From: an uncultured Nitrososphaerota archaeon
Lineage (GTDB): Archaea > Thermoproteota > EX4484-205 > JAAOZP01
Direction of reading: 5' to 3'
NCBI GenBank assembly: GCA_964416155.1
Contig: CAYQCW010000015.1
Location: 1-34,301 of the forward strand
Length of the DNA stretch: 34,301 nucleotides
The position numbers and the translations under genes are program-made. Below are positions 9,356 to 17,920 of the stretch, in pieces. Under the pieces are notes generated by a model. That model ran no database searches. It was not told the DNA's origin and saw only the letters and a program-made list of their open reading frames with translations. Numbering within the stretch: position 1 is the stretch's first letter; the number at the start of each line of letters is the position of its first letter.

Positions 9356-10126
9356 ATGGTTGAAACTATTTTTCTAAGCCTTGTTCAAGGCATAACAGAA
9401 TGGTTTCCGATCTCGAGCACTGGGCACCTAGTCATAGTGCAGGAACTGTTTGACATAAACGTCTCCGTTGCTTTCGACATCATGCTTCACCTTGGAACTC
9501 TCATCGGGGTAATACTGTTTCTAAGAAAGGATTTGCAATCAATCTTTAAAGCGGTGTTAAAGCTCGATTTCTCAGGGGAAGAAGGCAGGATGCTCGTATA
9601 CCTTGCTCTCGGCACAATTCCCATCGGCTTAGCAGGCTTCTTCCTCAAAGGCTTCTTCGAGTCTTTGTTTAAAAGCCTTTTCGCAACAGGGGTTGCAATG
9701 CTTCTCAACGGCTTAATCCTGTATTCGACGAGACGTGCTAAACCGGTTAGGAAACTGAGTGCTTTAGACTCCTTTCTAATAGGGGTTTCTCAGGCTGCTG
9801 CAATCACGCCTGGAATATCTAGGACCGGGATAACTATTTCAACCGGTCTACTCCGGGGGGTTGAGAACGACGAGGCCTACCGGTTCTCCCTGCTCTTATC
9901 AATCCCGAGCATAATCGGCGGAAGCATCGTTAAGCTTCAAGACGTTAGCTTTGAACAGGAGTATTGGATGATTGCTCTAGGAATTCTAGCGACCGCTGCC
10001 GTCGGCTATCTTGCCATGGGAAAAGTAAGGAAATACGTTGTTAAACAGAGCTTCCACAAGTTTGCCTACTATTGTCTGCCGGTTGGAGCCATTATCTGCC
10101 TTCTAAGCATCCTGAAAATTTTTTAA
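9356..10126 (+). CDS. uppP: Undecaprenyl-diphosphate phosphatase (BacA/UppP)
   Basis: QGITEWFPISSTGH, LHLGT, PGISRTG.TI and FSLLLSIP motifs. Start at MVETIFL (9356) preferred over ORF start 9236. Confidence 0.92.
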   Translation: MVETIFLSLVQGITEWFPISSTGHLVIVQELFDINVSVAFDIMLHLGTLIGVILFLRKDLQSIFKAVLKLDFSGEEGRMLVYLALGTIPIGLAGFFLKGFFESLFKSLFATGVAMLLNGLILYSTRRAKPVRKLSALDSFLIGVSQAAAITPGISRTGITISTGLLRGVENDEAYRFSLLLSIPSIIGGSIVKLQDVSFEQEYWMIALGILATAAVGYLAMGKVRKYVVKQSFHKFAYYCLPVGAIICLLSILKIF

Positions 10127-10228
10127 CAAAACAGGTTGCCAACCTCTTGGCCACCGTTTAAAAATAGTCTTAAATAAGAGTGCCTCGAAAAAGCCTCTAG
10201 CAACACCCTGAAAAGAGGGAAACAAGAA

Positions 10229-11179
10229 TTGGGCTTTGAACAAGAAGAGGGGAAGCGAATCATATTCCAGTTCGTAGAGGATAATCCTGAGTACACCATA
10301 TTGAGCGATTCAGATCTGGACGGTATTTTCGCAGCCTCAATAACCGCAAAGGCTCTGGGCGGTGATTTTTCAAGGATACATTATCCTAAGCCCAGTGAGA
10401 TCGACACTGTGAAAGCCTCGAGAAGCATACTTATAGAGCTTCCTTTAAGCAAAGGCTTGACCTATGTCGGCAGCAACATTTTGCTAGATCATCACGGTCC
10501 AGCACCGCTAATAGCGCTTTACAACGGCTCCAGGAAAACCAAGGAAATATTGTTTAACAGCGGGATTAGAAGCGTTTCAAGAATTGTTTTCGAAGTTTTC
10601 AAAGACCTTCTCGAGTTAAACGAGGACGGCGTGAAGATGCTGGAGGCTGTTGACGAGATAGATTCTGGAAACATTATTTCTGAGCTGGCTGTAAAGATGA
10701 ACAAAGCATTCCTTTTGAACAGCATGAGAGAAGACGTTAGAAGCAGCCTCACGCGCATGATTTACGAGTCGGATTGGAGCAGTATTCTGAACTGGGTTGA
10801 AAGCGAGCTAGGCAGATGGAGCATCGTGGAGAACAAGATTAAGAAGCTCAGAGGTTTCATAGGTAAAACAGGCAGCATTACATTCTTCACGTACGACGTA
10901 ACCGACCAGCTTGAGGCCGCCGCCAGAAGAATGCTTATGTTTGAACTGGGGAAGAATGAAAAAGTGGTTGTCTGCGTAGGCTTGAGGAAGGGCAAACCAG
11001 TCTCTGCAACTATAGCTGCACGCGGCTTAGACCTAAGCAGGGTTTACACAGAGCTATTGAAAAACAATGATGTGAAGGCAGGGGGTAGGGCAAACATAGG
11101 CGGCATCCAGTTTAAACGAGAGATTACGCTTGAAGACGCGGTAAACCTTATCAGGATAGCTGTGGAAGGCGAGGCCTGA
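10229..11179 (+). CDS. DHH/DHHA1-family phosphoesterase
   Basis: DSDLDG motif I, LLDHH motif, DEIDSG, and a C-terminal AGGRANIGG resembling the DHHA1 GGGH motif. Confidence 0.75.
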   Translation: MGFEQEEGKRIIFQFVEDNPEYTILSDSDLDGIFAASITAKALGGDFSRIHYPKPSEIDTVKASRSILIELPLSKGLTYVGSNILLDHHGPAPLIALYNGSRKTKEILFNSGIRSVSRIVFEVFKDLLELNEDGVKMLEAVDEIDSGNIISELAVKMNKAFLLNSMREDVRSSLTRMIYESDWSSILNWVESELGRWSIVENKIKKLRGFIGKTGSITFFTYDVTDQLEAAARRMLMFELGKNEKVVVCVGLRKGKPVSATIAARGLDLSRVYTELLKNNDVKAGGRANIGGIQFKREITLEDAVNLIRIAVEGEA

Positions 11180-11968
11180 TTGTTTTCTGTTCAAAACGTT
11201 GTATTCAGAACGCATACTTAAGAGGTATGCTTCAGCCTCCATCCTGTGCTTCATCCTTCCAATATCCCTCCAGAATACTCCCTCAGGTATCCTGTACGCC
11301 AATACTTTCTTACCGTCTTTAATCATTAACCTGATCGTGTCGGTTATCCAGTATTCTCCGGCTGGCGAAACAGGGGTCCTCCTGATATAGGAAAATACTT
11401 CACGCGTGAAAACCAGTGGGCCAGAGTTAACCGCAAACATGTCGTCAACCTTAGCCTTCTCCGCCTCCTCCCCGGTGACCTTCTCCAGAATATCGATTAC
11501 TCTCTCACCTTCGGTTCGAACAATACCGTAATCCTTATACTCTTTCATCATGTAGATCCCCATGGTGACATCAGCCTTCTCCCTCATGTGGAGCCCAATC
11601 TCGCTTTTCAGGAAATCATACGGGTGGAAAAAAGAATCGCCGTAGATCACTATGAAGTCATCGTTAACCCATTCCTCGGCAACCTGTATCGCCTTGGCAG
11701 TGCCCTTTTTCTCCTCCTTCTCCCCCAAGTCCTGATAGAGGTAGGAGAGGGCGATGTTAAACCTGCAGCCATCCCTAAGGTACTCGAATATCTGCCACTT
11801 ACCCTCCCCAAGTACTATGAAAGCCTTTCTCACCCCAGCGTCTGCAAGAGCCTTCACGTTATACTCTATCACAGGGCTATCCCCAACGAGAGACAACTCC
11901 TTGTTTATCGCGTTAGAATAAGGCCGCATCCTAGTGCCTTTTCCCGCCGCCAAGATTAACCCGATCAT
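11054..11968 (-). CDS. Sugar-phosphate nucleotidyltransferase (RmlA/glucose-1-phosphate thymidylyltransferase-like)
   Basis: LILAAGKGTRMRP, KGTAKAI, YGD, EK, GEYWITD and WRDIG motifs. Start 11968 (MIGLILAAG) preferred. The C-terminal tail overlaps the DHH gene. Confidence 0.88.
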   Translation of the reverse strand: MIGLILAAGKGTRMRPYSNAINKELSLVGDSPVIEYNVKALADAGVRKAFIVLGEGKWQIFEYLRDGCRFNIALSYLYQDLGEKEEKKGTAKAIQVAEEWVNDDFIVIYGDSFFHPYDFLKSEIGLHMREKADVTMGIYMMKEYKDYGIVRTEGERVIDILEKVTGEEAEKAKVDDMFAVNSGPLVFTREVFSYIRRTPVSPAGEYWITDTIRLMIKDGKKVLAYRIPEGVFWRDIGRMKHRMEAEAYLLSMRSEYNVLNRKQSGLAFHSYPDKVYRVFKRNLSFKLDAAYVCPTPCLHIIVFQ

Positions 11969-12124
11969 CCTTAAGCATGAACCGGATTTCAATACTTAAG
12001 AGTTTTGCGTTAAGCCTCATAAGCCTTTATGGACGGGGTTTTTTCTAAGTCTGCTAGGCGGATTTCCTACGTTTTTAAAAAAGCTTAATTAGTGCCGTTG
12101 ACACATGTATGTTTAAACCCGGCG

Positions 12125-13339
12125 ATGGCTTCCACAGAGGGAGAGACCCGTATTACTTTAGAGGGAGGATCTAAAGAGTTCGAAAAGCTTCAGGAGGAGC
12201 TTGGCGAATACGGTTTAACTGATAACGAGGCTAAGGTTTTCATACATCTTTTAAAAATGGGGCCGATGAAGGCCAGTGAAATAGGCTTATCGCTAGGCAT
12301 CTCCAGGACGGAGGTGTATAACATATTGACAAGCCTCCAGAACAAGGGTATTATAGAAGCAAGCCTAGACCGTCCAGCTAAATTCTCAGCAATAGGCTTT
12401 GAAAAGGCACTTGACATCCTGATAGAGGCGGAGAGGAGAAGAATAATGACGATGGAGAAGAGCAAGGAGGAGCTCATGGAAATGTGGAAGACGGTTCGTG
12501 TTCCTTCTAAAGTAGAGGAGCAGGAGAAGCTTCAGCTTTTGAAAGGCATAGAACAGATTTATGCGAGGCTTTCAGACATGCTGGATGAGGCTAAGGAGGA
12601 TGTTAACATCGTAGCCTTCAGGACGGAGCTCGTCCGGGCGTATAATGCTGGAATCCTGCAGAAGCTTCGCAACCTGAGTAAGGATAATGTTCGCATCCAA
12701 ATACTTACACACGGTATTGTAGGCGCGTCGAGCATCACGTCATTCCTTAAAAAGCATGCTGAGGTTATAGAGGTTAAGACAATGAGTATTTCAGCACCAT
12801 GCTTCGTAATCGTAGACAATAAGCAGCTTCTCCTGTTCACCAAGCCGCCGGGTATAAGCCGGGCTGAGAGAAAGGAGGCCACCGCGATCTGGACTAATAG
12901 CGAAGCCTTGGTGCAGTCGCTCAAGAAGCTGTTTAGAAGCATGATGCAGCCTGAGGAAGTTTCAGCAAGGATGCTTCCTGTCGAACAGGAGTTGAAAATG
13001 AGGGAGGAAGAGTATGCTTCTTTCAAGAAGCAGCTTTCGCGATACCTTTCAATCATTGGGCTGGAAGTCGAGGATGACATAAAAATAACCGGTAAATCCG
13101 GGATTACACACGTGTTTGACATAGGTATTTTAAACGGGGATAAGCCGATTGTCTGCGATATTGTTTTTGACGTGACTGATGTTTCCGTCACATCAATAGT
13201 TGGATTCTACACTAAGAAGAACGATGTTGAAGATATGATTAACGGGTCAACTCTAATAGTTAAGCCGAAGTTGACTGAGGACGCTAGGCAACTGGCTAGC
13301 TTCTACGGGATCAGGGTGGTTGAGCTTCAGTCTTCTTAA
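12125..13339 (+). CDS. TrmB-family transcriptional regulator with C-terminal Mrr-like PD-(D/E)XK-fold domain
   Basis: N-terminal wHTH (YGLTDNEAKVF..L...GISRTEVY.IL.SL.NKG), PLD-like effector domain (AKEDV.I, FVIVDNKQ, AIWTNS), C-terminal GKSG.TH.FDI...LTEDAR.LA..YGI.V. ORF start 12092; ATG 12125 preferred. Confidence 0.85.
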   Translation: MASTEGETRITLEGGSKEFEKLQEELGEYGLTDNEAKVFIHLLKMGPMKASEIGLSLGISRTEVYNILTSLQNKGIIEASLDRPAKFSAIGFEKALDILIEAERRRIMTMEKSKEELMEMWKTVRVPSKVEEQEKLQLLKGIEQIYARLSDMLDEAKEDVNIVAFRTELVRAYNAGILQKLRNLSKDNVRIQILTHGIVGASSITSFLKKHAEVIEVKTMSISAPCFVIVDNKQLLLFTKPPGISRAERKEATAIWTNSEALVQSLKKLFRSMMQPEEVSARMLPVEQELKMREEEYASFKKQLSRYLSIIGLEVEDDIKITGKSGITHVFDIGILNGDKPIVCDIVFDVTDVSVTSIVGFYTKKNDVEDMINGSTLIVKPKLTEDARQLASFYGIRVVELQSS

Positions 13340-13384
13340 GGATCGCCCGGTGGATCGTTATTCCATACAGCTCCGTGAACCGGG

Positions 13385-13804
13385 ATGTTTAAGGATAGCG
13401 TTTTCAGGGGCTTGACAAAGAGGGAGGCGGAGGACCTTGTAAACGCGGTTAAGCATGACAAGTACTGGAGGCTCAGCTCTGGAAACAGGGAATTCATATG
13501 TGTCGTAGCGTTGTCAAGGGCGAGGGTGAAGTCTAGACGCGGAATGTATGCAAGGGCAACGCATTTCGGCAGGGTTGAGGTTTCTAAGGATGCTGCGAAC
13601 TTTTGCAGAAAGTGGAGGGTTCTCATTGTTGACACTAGGAGAATGCTTGCAGTATCAGTTTTAACGTGGAGGGCGTTCAACAGGATTGTTTCAAAAGGGC
13701 TTGGCTCCGAGGTGTACTCCATGCTGCTGGCAGGCAGGATACCGGTTTATTTTAACACAGGCAGTGTGTTAAAGGTCTTTGGAGGGGAGCATCAGCAAGA
13801 GTAA
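13385..13804 (+). CDS. Hypothetical basic protein
   Basis: 139-aa ATG ORF, co-directional with trmB, fills the gap to the convergent GT4. No motif recognised. Confidence 0.6.
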   Translation: MFKDSVFRGLTKREAEDLVNAVKHDKYWRLSSGNREFICVVALSRARVKSRRGMYARATHFGRVEVSKDAANFCRKWRVLIVDTRRMLAVSVLTWRAFNRIVSKGLGSEVYSMLLAGRIPVYFNTGSVLKVFGGEHQQE

Positions 13805-13821
13805 CAGATGTAACAGATAGT

Positions 13822-14922
13822 TTATATTCTTTTCAGAAAATCCTCGTAACGGCTTACGATGCTGTTCCAGTCATACTTGGAAGCAGTGTTGACGCATCCC
13901 TGACTCATGTTGCTCTCCATGGCCTCCAACGTTTTCTCGGCGATTTTCTCAGGTGAAACGGGACACGTGAAACCGTTTAAACCTTCTTCAACCAGGCTGT
14001 AGGCAGCGTTCCTATCGTGCCTAACTGTCACGACAGGCAGGCCGCATGCATTCGCTTCTAAAACAACAATTCCGAAGCCCTCCCTTGTTGAAGGTAGTAT
14101 GAACACCTTCGAAGACTTCATGCAGGCTATTACCTCATCATGATCTTCAAGAAACCCTTTAAACACAATGTTCCCACTTACTCCAAGCTGTTCAGAAAGG
14201 CTTACGAGAGAATGTTTCTCCGGGCCGTCGCCTATTATCACGCAGCTAATATCCGGAATACTGTCCCTCAGAATCCTCACAGCCCTAATAATCAAGTCGA
14301 CGTTCTTCTCCTTCACCAGCCTGCCTGCGAAAACCATGTCTGACTCCTCGCCGCTCTTCGGGACTCCTGCTATATGTTCAAAATCTATCCCGTTCGGAAT
14401 CACTTCAGCGTTAACACCAATACTCTCCAAGCTTCTCCTTGTCACGTCTGATACAGTAATATGCATGTTTGTAAGCTTTAAGACGGCTCTTTCAACAGCC
14501 CAGCCTGCAAGTCCCTTGGCACCCAAGTATTCAAACCAGTAGCTACCCCAGAGCTCATGCCAAGTCACCGCCATGCATGCCCCGGCTGTCATGGAGTGAA
14601 CCTTAGAGGAGAAGCAGGAGAAGTATGGGAAAGCCTGAACATCTATGAGGTCGACATCACGCTTTAAGCCTGAGAGCAGCTTGAGCCCGAAGTATAATGC
14701 TTCGCTTATCGAACGCTTCCCATTGACGTAAAGAGGTCTCCCTCCTCCAACCCCGTGAAGCAGAATACCGTCGAGACTCCTCTCCCCGTCACACCACCAT
14801 TCTAAGCTGAACCAATGTACCTCGTGCCTGCGAGATAGCCTTCTCCCAATCTCATAGATTCTTCTCTCTACTCCCCCCTTAATCCATGGGTACACTGCGT
14901 CATAAACGAAGGCGATCCTCAT
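13822..14922 (-). CDS. GT4 family glycosyltransferase
   Basis: MRIAFVYDAVYPW.KGG.ERR, IPNGID, FAGRL..EKN, IGDGPE and PSTREGFGIVVLEANACGLPVV motifs. Confidence 0.93.
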   Translation of the reverse strand: MRIAFVYDAVYPWIKGGVERRIYEIGRRLSRRHEVHWFSLEWWCDGERSLDGILLHGVGGGRPLYVNGKRSISEALYFGLKLLSGLKRDVDLIDVQAFPYFSCFSSKVHSMTAGACMAVTWHELWGSYWFEYLGAKGLAGWAVERAVLKLTNMHITVSDVTRRSLESIGVNAEVIPNGIDFEHIAGVPKSGEESDMVFAGRLVKEKNVDLIIRAVRILRDSIPDISCVIIGDGPEKHSLVSLSEQLGVSGNIVFKGFLEDHDEVIACMKSSKVFILPSTREGFGIVVLEANACGLPVVTVRHDRNAAYSLVEEGLNGFTCPVSPEKIAEKTLEAMESNMSQGCVNTASKYDWNSIVSRYEDFLKRI

Positions 14923-14990
14923 GTCGGCCTCCCGTTTCCAATAATGTTCAAGCAGACAACGTGTTTAAAAGAGTTGCTTAAAAACAGGTT

Positions 14991-15515
14991 TTATCGAGTA
15001 TTAAGAGGATGATTCCTGCTCATTAGCTGGGAAAGCCTTATCTTCCTCAGTTTCAACTCCGAAATAGTTACGGCTCTGCAGTTTTGAAGCATCTCGGCCA
15101 GCTTCGTCAACGATAAGTAAAGGAGCTTCTGGCTCTGCCTCCCAGCTAGGGTTTCAACCGTCCTTCTGAACCTTTCAACGTTCTCCTTTCTTCCGACAGG
15201 GCATTTCCCAGATAGAAAAAGGGATGCCTTTGAGAAGCCAAGCTCCCTTTCGAGGTTGAAAACAACCAGCTGGAGGCCAGCCATCTCAGCTTGCATTCTT
15301 GCAAAACGCTCAGACGCCTCAGAGAACCTGCTTATGCCAAGATTCAGATGAATCGGGATAACTTCCTTATCCGGTTGAACCTATCTGAAAACATGGAGAA
15401 GGCTCCTACTATCCTTCCCATCCGAGAGAGCGGCAGGAGCCCTCTGAAAAATCGGGTATTTCTCAATCTCTGTTAAAACCCGTCTCCTAAAGATATCTTC
15501 AACCCTACTGCTCAT
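14991..15515 (-). pseudogene. TtuA/TtcA-like (PP-loop tRNA thiolation ATPase) remnant
   Basis: From ATG 15515: ...AALSDGKDSRSLLHVFR*VQPDKEVIPIHLNLGISRFSEASERFAR...ELGFS. The SGGKDS loop is degenerate and there is an in-frame TAG at 15383-15381. The sequence then jumps to a frameshifted GIPF..GKCP C-terminal-like segment; the central CxxC/GH..DD region is absent. Confidence 0.7.
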
Positions 15516-15569
15516 AGACGAGGTGTTTGTATAGATTGAGTTTCCCTGCGGCAATACTCGAATCCGCGT

Positions 15570-15583
15570 TAAGTTTTTAAATA
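15570..15583 (+). promoter_or_regulatory. TATA-like box of gap
   Basis: TAAGTTTTTAAATA lies ~26 nt upstream of ATG 15608, consistent with a leaderless archaeal transcript. Confidence 0.5.
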
Positions 15584-15601
15584 CCCTGAGGAAGCATGTA
15601 A

Positions 15602-16636
<1,035 letters not shown>

Positions 16637-17239
16637 AAACACCTGTCTTAAATTCTTATTTTTTCAGAATGCAACCTTAAGGATTAAAAAGTCATCGAAA
16701 ACTGGGTTAAAGGACGAAGCGACCATGTAATCGAGGATGTATTGCCTGAAGCAAGCATGAGCTCGCGAGATTTATTGGATGAGAACAGGACTACTGGTGC
16801 CAGTTCTTGAAATATGATGGAGTGTGGCAGATTTAAGATGAGGTCCCAAACAGTCTACTAGGGTGTTGAAAGTTCGGAGGAAGTAGCATGCACTATTGGA
16901 TTTAATCGTATTTCACAAATGAGGGCATTCCGGGCACTCTGATTGAATATAGAGAAGTTCGTCTAAAATTTCTTCAGCCGTTTTCCGATACCGTAAGGCT
17001 ACAAATCTGTCTGTCAATAGAATTGTTGGAAAAGGTGTGTTTTAGGGGTTATCAATTATTGCGAATGTTATGATTGGTGCTCCGTCTGTATCTAAAGGAA
17101 TGGGAAAGGCAATTCTTTTTCCTCTCCTAAACTCCATAGCGCGCGCCATAAATTTTTAACGAATTTGAACAGTCAATCAGCTTGAACAGCGATATGAGAA
17201 TTTTCACCGTATGAAACGAAAGTCTTAGAAAATCGATTC

Positions 17240-17677
17240 CTAGCACTTGGTCTTCAGAAATATTCTTTCCAAACAGCCATCACTATATGGTCTAATGTGG
17301 CTATAGTCTCTTTCAAAAACCAGCTTCGAATCCATGCGTTTAAGAACGTATCTGCAAACAGTTTCGGAGACCAGTCTACACGTATATCTTGTATCCATTC
17401 TGAGCATTAGTGTAAGCACGAGTATTGGACACGGGTTTCTTGAAACCGTTACGAGCTTCGTATCCGCCAGCTCCAATATCTCCACGTGTTCTCTTTCCAG
17501 CCTGAGGAAACGAATATAGAATAGTTCGAACACGTCCCTCATCGTCCTAATTCTCCGCGGCTTCAACGTCCAGAAAAAACCATAAGAGTAGAAGACGAAA
17601 AGGGCGAGAGCCAGTGGAACATGTTTAAACCATGTTTTTAAGTGGCTTAAATTGTCTTTTGAAGGTTGCTTCTCCAT
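17240..17677 (-). CDS. Hypothetical protein, possibly ATC-hydrolase/V4R-like small ligand-binding fold
   Basis: 145 aa with a pattern of NPCPI...C..VSE...FERDY..IRP...C.E.I resembling L-2-amino-thiazoline-4-carboxylate hydrolase-like proteins. Family call is weak. Confidence 0.5.
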   Translation of the reverse strand: MEKQPSKDNLSHLKTWFKHVPLALALFVFYSYGFFWTLKPRRIRTMRDVFELFYIRFLRLEREHVEILELADTKLVTVSRNPCPILVLTLMLRMDTRYTCRLVSETVCRYVLKRMDSKLVFERDYSHIRPYSDGCLERIFLKTKC

Positions 17678-17920
17678 TTCTAACAGCAGAGTTAGATTCG
17701 CGGCTTATCAACTTTACTCGGGTTATTCTATTCGACGCGTAAACCAAGCTTTTATTCAAGTAATCTTAACAACTTGTTCAAGAGGCTTCTCAAACCCTTT
17801 GATAAGCTCCAGACATCATGCTAATAAATGTCACAATCCTTCTCGAGGCGATTAAACCCAACCTGTTTGCTGCTCTCATCAAACCATAAAGACTATATAC
17901 TTTTTCAACATTATTATACT

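Noticed and set aside
12559-13191. 210-aa - strand ORF and the many similar antisense ORFs (e.g. 13336-13722, 16192-16629, 18598-19065, 26445-26933)
   Set aside because: They overlap better-supported genes on the opposite strand and show no motifs; most have the Ser-rich composition typical of antisense frames.
15381-15383. In-frame TAG in the ttuA-like gene (also at 33812-33814 in mgtA) as pyrrolysine or stop-codon recoding
   Set aside because: Both genes also carry frameshifts and large deletions, and intact genes here end normally at TAG (e.g. 9179, 20796, 27139).
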